The notes under the pieces were generated by a model. The model saw nothing but the letters and a program-made list of their open reading frames with translations. It had not been told where the DNA came from and did no database searches. Below are positions 1 through 12,414 of a stretch of DNA of 64,000 nucleotides, in pieces. Within the stretch, counting starts at the first letter, position 1, and each line of letters starts with the position of its first letter. This stretch comes from Octopus sinensis (taxonomy: Eukaryota): positions 36,208,001 through 36,272,000 of the forward strand of contig NC_043007.1 in assembly GCF_006345805.1 (NCBI RefSeq), given 5' to 3'. A program made the position numbers and the translations under genes.

Positions 1-429
1 AAACGCTGGATTATCGTGGACGACGAGAGAGAGAAAATATGTCGACCAGTATCCTTACAAGGCGGGCGAGAAAAGACAGGATAGCAGTTACGACGGAAGT
101 ATCGTCGCAGATGGACGACGGGAATGGGGGAGGAGGAGAAAGAGAGAAAAAAGGGAATGGTGCGAGGAGACCATGAAGAATGGTGAAAGGGAGAGAGAGA
201 ATGAAGAATGAGAGAGAGAGGAAGAGACAAGTTAGTGAGGGAAAAAAAAAGAACGAAAAGGGAATGGGGAGAAAGAAAGAAAGATGCAAGTCGCGTGTAT
301 GTATGTGCGTGTGTGTGTGTGTGTGTGTATATATATGTATATATGTATATATGTATGTATGTATAATATGTGTGTGCATATGTATTGTGTATATGTATGT
401 GTGTATGTATGTGTATGTATGTATAAAAT

Positions 430-748
430 ATTATATAATTAGGGCTTAGTAAAATAAATTACTTTGCCACACATACTGAACTTTCTAGAAATAGCAGCCA
501 AAAAAGTTTTTTAAGCCTCTTCCACTACTTAGAGAATTTTTCCCTCAGACATTGTTTACTCAAAATAATATGGTCCTTTTACATACTGAATACTTGGTGA
601 AATTGATTAATAACTAATTAACTTTACCCTCAATTGTTGATATATGTATGTGTGTGTATATATATGTGTATATATATATGTACATGTATGTATATGTGTA
701 TGTATGTATATATATGTGTATGTATGTATATATATATATATGTATGTA

Positions 749-795
<47 letters not shown>

Positions 796-1022
796 ATATG
801 TGTATTATGTATATATTTATATATATATATATATGTGTATATGTATATGTATGTGTGTGTGTATATGTAGATATGTGTATATATATGAGTGTACGCGAGT
901 ATGTCGATGTATATGTAGGTATGTAGAGTTATGTGTATGTGCATGTATGTGAGTGTAGATACAAATTGTAGATGTGTATATATATATGTGTGTGTATATA
1001 TACATGTATATAGGTATATGTA

Positions 1023-1063
<41 letters not shown>

Positions 1064-1633
1064 GCGAGTATGTAGAGATATAAGTATGTGCATGTGTATA
1101 TATATGTGTGTATATATATGTATAGGTATGTGTATGTGTATGTATGTATATATATGTGTGTGTGTGTATGTATGCATATATGTATGTATGTATGTATATG
1201 TGTATGTATATATGTGTGTAAGTGTGTGCATATATGTATATGTAAGTGTGTGTGCGTGTATGAGTATGTATGTATGTTTGCACACATGTATATGTGTGTG
1301 TGTGTATATATGGATGCGCGCGCGTGTGTGTGTGTGTATGGGTACGCATGTACATGTGTATGTGCGTGTATGTGTATATGTGTATGTATGTATGTGTGTG
1401 CGTATATTTGTATATGTATGTATGTATATGTATGTATGTGTGTATATATATATATATGGGTGTGTGTAATGTCTATAAATGTATGTATGTATGGATGTAT
1501 GGATGTATGTATGTATGTATACGTATGTATGTGTATGTGTGTATATGTATGTATGTGTATGTGTGTATATATATGTGTGTATATATATTTGTGTATATAT
1601 ATATATATATGTATATATATGTGTATATATATG

Positions 1634-1678
<45 letters not shown>

Positions 1679-2445
1679 ATTTGTATGTAGGTGTATATGT
1701 ATGTGTGTATATATATATATTTATTGGTGTATATGTATAGACTAGCCTTCTAAGAGTGTAGACATGAATCTGTAGGTACGCGTACGTATGTGTATATACG
1801 TGAATGTATGTAGATGTATGTATGTATGAATATAACGCGTGCGTTGTTGTATGTGTATGAGTGTACGAATGAGTGAGTGTACGTGCTAATGAGTGTGCGT
1901 GCGTGAATGAGTGCTTGTTTTTCAAGTAGACAGAGATATGGACTTGCTGTCATAGCCAAGATCCTTGGGACCAGCGGTCAAAGATAACAAAAGTAATAAA
2001 TGAAGATAATAAAATTAAAATTAGGGAATGGGTCTGTATTTGTATGTATAGATATGTGTGTATGTGTAGGTATGTATAGGTACACATATGTTATATATAT
2101 ATATATATATATGTATGTGTATGTATGTGTATGTATATATATGTGTGTATGTGTATATATGTGTATATAGGGACTAGTGTGCTGTTGTGCATGTGTGTAT
2201 GTGTGTATGTATATATATTTTTCTGTGTGTATATGTATGTGTGGTCGTTTGTGATATATACATGTGTGTATACGTGTATGCATGTGAGTGAGTGTATGTA
2301 TATATATATATGTATATGTGTATGTGTAGATTGTATATGTATGGTGTATGTGTATATATGTATATGTGTGTGTGTGTATGTAGTGTGTATGTATATATGT
2401 ATGTATGTGTGTGTATATATGTATACATATATGTATAGGTATAAG
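430..2445. repeat. Compound (TA/TG/TATG)n microsatellite field with short unique repeat-family inserts
   Basis: Almost continuous tatg/tgtg/tata runs; the overlapping Y/I/C/V/M/H/T ORFs are artefacts. Segment 430-640 resembles 25625-25735 in reverse orientation. Confidence 0.9.
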
Positions 2446-2650
2446 TGAGATCTCCTTATTTACCTAAAACTCTATTCTTTTTTATATATATTTTTTTATT
2501 TTTTATTTATTCTTTTATCTAATTTACCACTGACTCCTTGACCACTCCCCCAAGTATGATATTTTGCGCTATGCCTACCCCCAAAAAGTCCCCCACCACC
2601 ACCCCTTAAACCTGCCTAAATGTATAAATGCAATACAATTCTTGTTAACT

Positions 2651-2701
2651 AGCTTCCTGAAGATTTCTCTTGAATGAAACAGTTCTAGTCCTGTAGAAGC
2701 T
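2651..2701 (+). ncRNA. Type I hammerhead ribozyme-like motif
   Basis: AGCTTC-CTGAAGA-T TTC TCTT GAA T-GAAAC AG TTCTAGTC CT GTA-GAAGCT. Stem I is 6 bp (agcttc/gaagct), stem III is 4 bp (acag/ctgt), and the predicted cleavage is after GUA (2695). The base of stem II is U.U instead of a canonical pair. Confidence 0.65.
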
Positions 2702-2788
2702 CCTTCTATATAATAAATTAATTTTACTCCGCTATGTATTGAGTACCTTATTTACTGTGGTTAACCCCGAATCAACCCGGGACCTACA

Positions 2789-2841
<53 letters not shown>

Positions 2842-2974
2842 TATATATATATATATATATATAGAAATTCGGGGTGAGTACTTGATAATTATAAGCACCT
2901 GTGTATACCGTTGGTGGTGTAGGTGGTGGAGTAAATTGATCAAAATAAAATAAAAACATGATGCGAAGGATTCA

Positions 2975-3052
2975 GCGGTACATATGTTTCGGGCCTTTAT
3001 TAGACAGATTTATAACAATGCATAATGTATGTCTGTGGCCTTCTTCAGCCGC
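2975..3052 (-). ncRNA. Type I hammerhead ribozyme in Penelope 3' tail (left arm)
   Basis: Reverse strand: GCGG-CTGAAGA-AGGCC ACAGA...TCTGT CTAATAAA GGCCC-GAAAC ATAT GTA-CCGC. Core is intact, stem I is 4 bp, and stem III is the palindrome ACAUAUGU. Confidence 0.75.
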
Positions 3053-4899
3053 GCACAACAGCTTCCACAAGGACATGTGTACATCAAAAGTTCTTGGTTG
3101 GGGATGCAAATCCTCTCATTCACGTACGACATAAGCGGCAGCAGCATAGAGTTGAAGCGTCCATCTCTTTCTTCTCTCAATGTAGAATGAGGAAATTGGA
3201 TGTTGAGGTAATGTAAATAAATAAATACATATATAGAGGTGAAGATGGAGGGGCGAGAGTTCGGGACGAGGGATAAAAAATGTATAAAAGTGTAAGTATA
3301 GAATAATATAAAATGTAGAGATAAAGGGTTGTAAGGAGATGTAAAGGGGGTATAAAGAAATATAAAGTAAAAATAGAAATAGAAATAAAAGTAAAAAAAC
3401 CTGATAAAAACATGATAAAAGTATAAAAGAATGTAAAGATAAGGGATGTATAGAGGTTATGGACCAAGCATGGTGGTCAGGAGATTGATAAAATTTAGTT
3501 GTAGAATTGTCAGTACATCAACAGTTTCGTCTGGGGACTTAATGCGTTGTAAATCAGAGCTGATGAGCATTTAATCTGGTTCCTTGAATTAAATGGACTT
3601 CTAGTACATACATATCATCATGGATATATTACACCCACATACACGCGTACATATACGCCTCCAAGCCTATAGGCATACACACGCACTCGCGTGTAAACAC
3701 GTAACATAAACACACACGCACCCACACGCACGCGCGTACACACACATACATACAACAGAATATCCGCATATATACACGGACATTACGCGCGTACACGCTC
3801 ACATGCATATACGCGCGCCCAACACTACATACACACACGTATATGCCCACGCCTCTAGGTCCAGGTATAAGATATTAAAGGATGTGTATAAGAACGTATG
3901 TAAAGAATCCCGTACTCATGTCAATACGCGCACGCACACACGGCTGTGTGTCCGTATGTGCGTGCACATATACACTCATATACACACACAGAGACACACG
4001 CGCACATGGGTATAGCTATAAGATATCGAAGTATGCATGTACATATATGCGCGCGCATATGTATGTATGCGTCTACATACGTACGTGGACGCTCGTATAT
4101 TCAAAAGGTGGATCCATAGGTAAGTAAATAAACATATATAGAGGTGTAAAGCGATAATTTAGGGGTAAGAATGAGGGTAAGGGTAAAGATTAGAAATAAA
4201 AAAATACAGTATAAAATAAGAATCAATGTATATAGTTAGAAATGAAGTATAAGAATTATAAAAATTATAAGAGTTAAGGTAAGGGATGAAAATGAAAATG
4301 AGAATAAATGGAGTAGAAATAAAAGTAAAAATAAAATTAAAAATAAAAATAAAAATAAATGGAAGTAGGATAAAAGTAAAAATAAAAGTAAAAATAAAAT
4401 AAAATAAAATAAGATAAAAATATAATTTTGTAAAGTTTAACATGAGATGAAGGTGGTTGAAAGCTAGAGGGTGTGTTAAACGTAGGGGCGGGCGGGGGAA
4501 CTGAAAATTGGAAGGGTGGAAGTGGAGTTGGCGGTGTGCGTTCAACATCTGAGTTAGAAATGTGAAAGGGTATAGATATAGGGGATTAAAGAGACTACAT
4601 AGGGAGGATATGGTCGTAGGAGAAGAAATATTTAGGGAAAAGAAGTCATATATGGGAGACACAAATTTGTATATATAGGGGGAAAATGCGGGGAACCCTA
4701 TATGCACGTACCCCCCCCCCACACACACACACGCACATGTACATATATATGTATATGTACAAATACGTACACGTATGTGCACATACATACGCACACCCAC
4801 AACATACACATATACACGCACATATAGGAAAGCGGGATGTGCTGGAGCCGACAGGTTGCACCGGGTGGGAGGAAATTGCGTGGGGAGTTGGTATAAGAC

Positions 4900-5210
4900 C
4901 TAAGCATTGTAGTATTTGAAAGTATTAATAAGTTTATGTATACAGGATGGTTTGAACTCTGACCTTTTGTTAATAAGATTGTGTTTGTCTTGAATTTCAA
5001 GATGTTGAGGAGTTCTACACAGCCTCCTGGAAATCCGATGATGGACCATCTGAGTTTGAAGCCTATGCATTTGTCTTTTAATTCCCAAATTCTTTTAGAG
5101 AGGGAGGTGCTGTTAGCCTTATGTCTGTGTCTCAGCGAGGACCGGTGGTTGTAGTATCTGGATTTCCAGGAGGTTGAGCAACCAAATAATAGAGCAGGAT
5201 GCCAACTATG
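4900..5210 (-). pseudogene. Penelope GIY-YIG endonuclease C-terminal fragment
   Basis: Minus-strand translation LFGCSTSWKSRYYNHRSSLRHRHKANSTSLSKRIWELKDK..FKLRWSII, then ..HNLINKRSEFKPSCIHK. This matches the PLE GIY-YIG pattern (YIG..T.FK.RY.NH..S....NST.LS..IW.LK...W.I / LLNKRSE...CRH). Confidence 0.8.
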
Positions 5211-7185
5211 CTGTGTAGAACTCCTCAACATCTTGAAATTCAAAGACAAACACAATCTTATTAACAAAAGGTCAGAGTTCAAACCATCCTGTATACATAA
5301 ACTTATTAATACTTTCAAATACTACAATGCTTAGGTCTTATACCAACTCCCCCACGCAATTTCCTCCCACCCGGTGCAACCTGTCGGCTCCAGCACATCC
5401 CGCTTTCCTATATGTGCGTGTATATGTGTATGTGTGTGTGTGTGCGTATGTATGTGCACATACGTGTACGTATGTGTACATATACATATATATGTACATG
5501 TGCGTGTGTGTGTGTGTGGGGGGGGGGTGTACGTGCATATAGGGTTCCCCGCATTTTCCCCCTATATATACAAATTTTGTCTCCCATATATGACTTCTTT
5601 TCCCTAAATATTTCTTCTCCTACGACCATATCCTCCCTATGTAGTCTCTTTAATCCCCTATATCTATACCCTTTCACATTTCTATCAGATGTTGAACGCA
5701 CACGCCAAACTCCACTTCCCACCCTTCCAATTTTCAGTTCCCCCCGCCCGCCCCTACGTTTAACACACACCTCTAGCTTTCAACCACCTTCATCTCATGT
5801 TAAACTTTACAAATTATATTTTTATCTTATTTTATTTTATTTTTATTTTTACTTTTATTTTTACTTTTATCCTACTTCCATTTATTTTTATTTTTATTTT
5901 TAATTTTATTTTTACTTTTATTCTACTTCCATTTATTCTCATTTTCATTTTCATCCCTTACCTTAACTCTTATAATTTTTATAATTCTTATACTTCATTT
6001 CTAACTATTACATTGTATTTCTTATTTTATACTGTATTTTTTATTTCTAATCTTTACCCTTACCCTCATTCTTACCCCTAAATTATCGCTTTACACCTCT
6101 ATATATGTTTATTTACTTACCTATGGATCCACCTTTTGAATATACGAGCGTCCACGTACGTGTGTATACGCATACATACATATGCGCGCGCATATATGTA
6201 CATGCATACTTCGATATCTTATAGCTATACCCATGTGCGCGTGTGTCTCTGTGTGTGTATATGAGTGTATATGTGCACGCACATACGGACACACAGCCGT
6301 GTGTGCGTGCGCGTATTGACATGAGTACGGGATTCTTTACATACGTTCTTATACACATCCTTTAATATCTATACCTGGACCTAGAGGCGTGGGCATATAC
6401 GTGTGTGTATGTAGTGATGGGCGCGCGTATATGCATGTGAGCGTGTACGCGCGTAATGTCCGTGTATATATGCGGATATTCTGTTGTATGTATGTGTGGT
6501 ACGCGCGTGCGTGTGGGTGCGTGTGTGTTTATGTACGTGTTTACACGCGAGTGCGTGTGTATGCCTATAGGCTGGAGGCGTATATGTACGCGTGTATGTG
6601 GGTGTATATATCCATGATGATATGTATGTACTAGAAGTCCATTTAATTCAGGAACCAGATTAAATGCTCATCAGCTCTGATTTACAACGCATTAAGTCCC
6701 CAGACGAAACTGTTGATGTACTGACAATTCTACAACTAAATTTTATCAATCTCCTGACCACCATGCTTGGTCCATAACCTCTATACATCCCTTATCTTTA
6801 CATTCTTTTACACTTTTATCATGTTTTATCAGGTTTTTTTACTTTTATTTCTATTTCTATTTTTACTTTATATTTCTTTATACCCCCTTTACATCTCCTT
6901 ACAACCTTTATCCTCTACATTTTTATATATTCTATACTTACACTTTTTATACATTTTTTTATCCTTCGTCCCGAACTCTCGCCCCTCCATCTTCACCTCT
7001 ATATATGTATTTATTTATTTACATTACCTCAACATCCAATTTTCCTCATTCTACATTGAGAGAAGAAAGAGATGGACGCTTCAACTCTATGCTGCTGCCG
7101 CATTATGTCGTACGTGAATGAGAGGATTTGCATCCCCAACCAAGAACTTTTGATGTAACACATGTCCTTGTGGAAGCTGTTGTGC

Positions 7186-7262
7186 GCGGCTGAAGAAGGC
7201 ACAGACATACATTATGCATTGTTATAAATCTGTCTAATAAAGGCCCGAAACATATGTACCGC
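7186..7262 (+). ncRNA. Type I hammerhead ribozyme in Penelope 3' tail (right arm)
   Basis: gcgg(7186) ctgaaga(7190-7196) aggc acaga...tctgt ctaataaa ggccc gaaac(7247) atat gta(7256-7258) ccgc. Mirror copy of 2975-3052 with one C fewer in stem II. Confidence 0.72.
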
Positions 7263-7327
7263 TGAATCCTTCGCATCATGTTTTTATTTTATTTTGATCA
7301 ATTTATATATATATATATTATATATAG

Positions 7328-7404
<77 letters not shown>

Positions 7405-7408
<4 letters not shown>

Positions 7409-7612
7409 GGGAGTTGGAAGAAATGTTAGCATGCCGGGCGAAATGCTTTGTGGTACTTCGTCTGTCTTTACGTTCTGAGTTCAAATTCCGCCGAGGTCGA
7501 CTTTGCTTTTCATCCGTTCGGGGTTGATAAATTAAGTACCAGTTGCGTACTGGGTTCGATCTAATCGACTGGCCCCTCCCCCAAAATTTCGAGCCTTGTG
7601 CCTAGAGTTGAA
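7405..7612 (+). mobile_element. SINE family B (tRNA-like head; gttcaaattccgccgaggtcgactttgc body)
   Basis: B-box-like GAGTTCAAATTCC and the shared body ctttcatcc..ggggtcgataaattaagtaccag seen in many copies in this window. Confidence 0.85.
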
Positions 7613-7674
7613 AAAAATATGTATATATATAGATAGAGAGAAGGTGAGAGGGAGATAGATAGATAGATAGATAG

Positions 7675-7719
<45 letters not shown>

Positions 7720-8039
7720 GTCAGAGGATTCAGTGACTTCGTGAATAATTTTAATACAAAATTATATTTTTACCATGTAAGCGGACGTCAACAAGCAGAG
7801 ACAACTCTCTGCCGATGAAATACATTACTGTGTAGACAACCAAGTTGTTCACCAGAACTAGATAGGTTAGAAAGAAAGAGAGAACAATTATAAGAGCATG
7901 AATGTGTGTGTGTCTGTGTGGGGGGGGGGGAAAGAAAGAGACAGAGTGAGTGAGTGAGAGAGAGAGAGAGAGAGATCTTGCCCAAATGAAAGGAAGCATT
8001 AAAAAAGAAAGCTTTACTTACGATTTTGCTTCAAAAGGT

Positions 8040-9000
8040 TCACACAACCAATGCTATACCCGCTCCACCGTTCCCAACATTTTTCCAGTTTGGGAAAATG
8101 GTCTCAAGTGACGTGTTTACAGAATTAATGTACAGATCTTGCGAATTTTCATGATTTCTTTCTAACGTCTGGAATAAGTGACCCTTCAAGCTCGTTCGCA
8201 ACTTTGAGAATAGAAAACATCCGTATGGGGCCAAATTTGGAGACAAGGGCGGATGGGCAATGAGAGTCATTTCTTGCCTAGCTAAAACGTTACGTATCTT
8301 AGTAGGGGTGCTGTCATGAGGGCAACATCCAAGTTTTGTTTGTCTATGCTTCAGACCTCTTGCTTCGCACTACCTCTCCTAAATCCCTTAGAATATCCAA
8401 ATAGAACCCTTTATTAGTCCGATCACTAATGATGGACGACGCCCTTCCAAGAAAAAAAAAAAAGCAAAACATGATCAACATTAATTTCACGTCGGAGGCG
8501 TGCAATATGTGGTTCTGGAAGTGAGACCTAGCCTATTGCGACGATTGCCTTTTTGTTTCGACATCGTAGACGTACACCCATGTTTCGTCATCTGTTACGA
8601 CATTTTTCAAAAGGTTTTCATCAACATATGAAGAGCCAAACAGCTTTTAACTGACTGTAACTCAATCTTTTTTCCCTTTTGTGCTCATATTTTGTAGCAA
8701 CATGATGCATCTTCGATGTTTCTGCTAAAACCATACGACTTTTACGGATGCCATCTTCCTCAGAAACTTCACACTCAGATGACAATTTTTACGGGCCAAA
8801 AAAGTGCACTTTCACAATATGATCAGCGTGCGTCGTTGTGAAGATCGTGAAGATTTGGGATCGTCTGTAGTAGATGTTCTTACTCATTTGGAATACCGCT
8901 TCCATTCGTAACATTGCGCACGGATCAGATAATCTTCCTCACCAAGTTGTTACAGCATAGAAAAGTATTCGTGTAAGTTTAACGCAGTTTAAAACAGAAT
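8040..9000 (-). mobile_element. Decayed mariner (DD34D) transposase
   Basis: Minus frames give VVTDDETWVYVYDVETKRQSSQ (~8540-8605) and HPPLSPNLAPYGCFLFSKLRTSLKGHLF (8040-8270), which are the mariner ITGDE.W and YSPDLAP motifs; stops and frameshifts present. Confidence 0.85.
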
Positions 9001-9127
9001 TTGCCATCAACATGTTGCTCTTCTAATCCTTTCATTTTTCAACTTGTTTACTTTATCACACGTCGATCGATGACTAACTGACATAAGCGTAATATGACTA
9101 CATCATAGACAGCATAGCAACCACAAG

Positions 9128-9530
9128 TGGAGGCGCAATGGCCCAGTGGTTAGGGCAGCGGACTCGCGGTTGGAGGATCGCGGTTTCGATTCCCAGGCCG
9201 GACGTTGTGTGTGTTTATTGAGCGAAAACACTTAACGCTCCACGACGCTCCGGCAGGGGTTGGTGGCGACCCCTGTTGTACTCTTTTGCTCCAACTTTCT
9301 CTCACTCTTTCTTCCTGTTTCCTGTCCCCGACTTCCTACGCAACCGCTGAGCCTGGATGCGCATTCATCCATCCGTCGATGCTCTCGGTGTCGGGAGTTG
9401 ACCTGCTTTCTTTTCTGCGGGTCTTACGAATAGCAAAAGACCAACGTTTCGGACTTCTCCCACTACAGAGGCGCGATCTTGCGAGCTCTGGAACGAAGAC
9501 CGCTTCGCTCAACAAACAAACAAACAGCAA
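9128..9530 (+). mobile_element. SINE family C (tRNA-derived head)
   Basis: ggaggcgcaatggcccagtggttagggcagcggactcgcgg...ggtttcgattccc (A and B boxes), ending in a (caaa)n tail. Confidence 0.85.
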
Positions 9531-9834
9531 CCACATCACCGTGCCCACGTTAGTTGATGTCCGGTTAAAAAAGATCGGTTTCTTTTGAATAACCGTAAAT
9601 AATATAAACACCGGCGAGAAAGTCGAAATGCCGATGCTTTTCACACGAATTCTCTTTATATTTTTTTCTACACTAAGTTGCAGATACTTCCGTGTTACCC
9701 TCACTGTCAAAATGCAGTTAAACCAGTGATTGTCCTGTGGGAAATCTGTAACCAACGATGCTATAGTTAAACAATTGCGGTAAAAATTATAAAAAACGAA
9801 TAATTAAATAAATTTGCAAGTAACTCGCTGAAGT

Positions 9835-10030
9835 TCAAGAAAAGAATGTGTCGGAAAGAGGCCAATCTTGAGGCACGTCAACGTTGATAGAGTTCGGTTT
9901 GGAGAACAAGAAAGTTTCCAAATTGAAGACTACCAAGTTCTCATGCCAGACATAGTTGAGGGTAGATTTACGTGAGTGATACAACATCGCCTTCGCTGGA
10001 TTCTTAAATGTAATGTTGAGAGACATAAGA
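9835..10030 (-). pseudogene. Highly degenerate non-LTR RT fragment
   Basis: SINVDVPQDWPLSDTFF resembles the RT motif IN.GVPQGS.LSP.LF; weak. Confidence 0.3.
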
Positions 10031-11049
10031 GAGTAAGTTACTGGTAGTGCTTACCTCATAGATGTCGTGCTGGTAGTTGTTGACAGAGAGAAACTGAAAG
10101 TAATGACAGAGGCCATTGCTTGAAGCTATTTCTATGACCTTAAACTGTCAAAGATGTTGGAAGAAAGAGAAGTAGGATGGGAAATATTGTAGTATGTTTA
10201 TAAATAATAGAATTGATTTGAGTATTAGGAGAGAAAGTAGATCTGGAACTTATTGTTTGATAGTGATGAAAAGAAGAAGAGAACTGGTCACCTAGTTGAG
10301 TTGGAGCAATCAGAGGAGTTTTCAAATATGGGTAGTCTGTGAAGGAAATTGCGAGACTGATGGTATCCAAAATAAAAGTTTAGGTCTTTTGCTGTGTGCA
10401 TACACTGCGGAGGTAAACACGGTCGAAGCAGGCAACAAGGATGGAGACTTTTTCAACCAAACCATTTTTGCCCAACAGATTGACTATGTTTCATAGTTGA
10501 TTTAATACTTCATAGTTAAATTAGTATTTTGGTGAAAAAGGAAAACGAATTCACTTTTCATCAGTTGCTCTTAATCAATACTTTGGTATCTGTGAGTAGT
10601 CAATGGCTACAAGTAGGTTTTTCGAAATCCCCACTAGAACACCTGCCTCGAGTTGTAAGAGAAGTGGACACAGAACTGTAATATGCATCAGCTGACAGGA
10701 CTACAAAACCAGTCCGCTGTTCTGACCGAAGGTGGACCATAATTAAGAAGCCTTTTGAATTTTCTGACGGAACGATGCAAAGGAAGATTGATTCAAAATT
10801 GTATATTCTTCCGACCGAGAATTTGGTAGGAATACCTATCACATAGTGTCCTGGACTACAGACACTGAGGAACTGGTCATTGCGTTGGTAGCTTAAGTGA
10901 CTTTAGTATTCACAACGTATTGTATTCTTCTGTAAGAATGGTTTTCCTCTTTTGTTGGTCTGAAGAAAAGCAAAGTTGTTGGCCAAAACGGATTGTTAAG
11001 GATGGAATAATTAAAGTTTATCTTTGTTTAAATTGTTACCAGTCGACAT

Positions 11050-11309
11050 TCAGCCAAATGTGTTGACAGAGGAGAGAGAGAATGTGAGAAGAATTGCAGC
11101 AATTTGAGAATAACTATATGCAAATCTTTTAGGAATGATTAGGGGGACCAAAAGATGAGAATTAACAGAGCCTATTATTGTAGGGTCAGTTTTATAAGTG
11201 TGGACAACATTGAAGTTCATTGACTTGTAGTACTGAGTGCTGAACTCCTCGATGAAAGTAACTGTGGTAGTTAAAAGCCTAAATAGAGATGCAAACTTCA
11301 TCCTAGTAA
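11050..11309 (-). CDS. SLC46-like transporter, probable terminal coding exon
   Basis: A phase-1 acceptor (tttctataaag|tt) keeps frame with the preceding exon. The 86-codon open frame ends in a hydrophobic stretch (IAAILLTFSL) and a stop. Similarity to the SLC46 C-terminus is weak. Confidence 0.45.
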
Positions 11310-11519
11310 CTTTATAGAAATTGGATTAAATACCAATGATGCGGATTATTGTGTTTTTGTAAAGTTACAAAAGAAGATTTTTTAAAAAATACTATGAATT
11401 TAAAAAAAAAACAACACTGCCAACGTGAGAAAGAAAGGAAAAAAAGAAACGAAAAAAGAAAAAAAGAAGAAACGAAAGAAAAAAGGGGGAAAGCGAAAGA
11501 AATAAAAAGGAGTTTATAC

Positions 11520-12369
11520 CTGCTTGATAAAAGAACATTCTCATTGTGAAAGAAAGAACAATACTGCTGACGAACCCGAGTAGAAGACATACAACGATTA
11601 TCACATTACTGCTTATATGCTCCATTTTTGCCATGCTTGCGAAGAAGTGAGTGATGTAAAAGCTGAAAGCGAAAATACCTAAGTATATTCCGATCGTGGT
11701 GTTGTTGCAGGCGTTAACTGATTTGTTAATAAAAAACTGCGTGACAAAGATAGTCTGTCCTCCAGCAGGCAAATAACTGAAGGCTGCCATTGACAAGAAA
11801 AAGAACAACAATAAAAATTTTCTGATAGGCACAACATTCCATAAATCCCGAAAGGAACATTTCATTGTTGGACTCATTTGGCTGGCGTTTCTGTTTTGTG
11901 ATTCCTCAAAACGAAATATAATAATGATTGCACAGACTAAAGCTAAATACACCAAACACAGAGACACGATGATTCTGCTAAAGGAAGTCATTATATAACC
12001 GAAGATAACAGTAAAAATGCCGGACACTCCAATGGCTAAAGCCAGAATTCTTGAAAAATGATCGAAGCAGGATTTTCCGAGGTTGCTTTTATCGGAAATG
12101 TGCGAAACTATACCAGTGATGAAGCTTCCAGTTCCTCCGGTGATGCCATTGATAGCGCATGCCCAAACCAAGACGTCCAAAGGTAGTTTGAAGAACATCG
12201 TTGCTGTAATTACTATGACTTTTCCGAGTGTACCGCTCAGAGACAACAGCATGCCAACTTTACGACCAAAAACTTCGCTTATGAAATGTATTAAAGGAAT
12301 TGAAAAAATGTTTATAAAATATTCCACGGATAAAGCATTGGTCATCCACGTACTCGTTAGACGTTGCAC
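11520..12369 (-). CDS. SLC46-like (PCFT/HCP1 family) MFS transporter, large internal exon
   Basis: Strong acceptor ttttcttcttttttcag|GTG at 12369 and donor GCA G|gtataa at 11520. The 283-codon multi-TM frame has an ISEVFGRK motif and ITGGTG, typical of SLC46/MFS. Confidence 0.85.
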
Positions 12370-12414
12370 CTGAAAAAAGAAGAAAATATAAAAATCAGTA
12401 TGAAGACCAATATA

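Larger units (their letters stand above)
2932..7305. mobile_element. Penelope-like retroelement: two 5'-truncated copies head-to-head forming a ~4.4-kb palindrome
   Basis: Left arm 2932-5023 is the reverse complement of right arm 5210-7305 with only scattered indels. The centre encodes a GIY-YIG endonuclease C-terminus, and a hammerhead lies near each outer end. Confidence 0.85.

Noticed and set aside
11-2448. Many long ORFs (up to 241 aa) rich in Y/I/H/T/C/V/M
   Set aside because: Translations of TA/TG/TATG microsatellites, open in several frames; the same applies at 18756-19406, 20317-23493 and 45304-46532.
3550-3600. CTGATGAG followed by a hairpin on the plus strand (mirror at ~6635-6680)
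   Set aside because: No GAAA after the stem and it lies antisense to the element; not a hammerhead.
6625-6725. ctagaagtc...gacgaaac..gta, a second hammerhead-like remnant in the PLE tail
   Set aside because: Core lacks two bases (CUAGA versus CUGAAGA) and no stem I pairing.
9128-9205. tRNA-like sequence
   Set aside because: It is the head of a SINE continuing into a family body and tail, not a stand-alone tRNA gene; the same applies to other heads.
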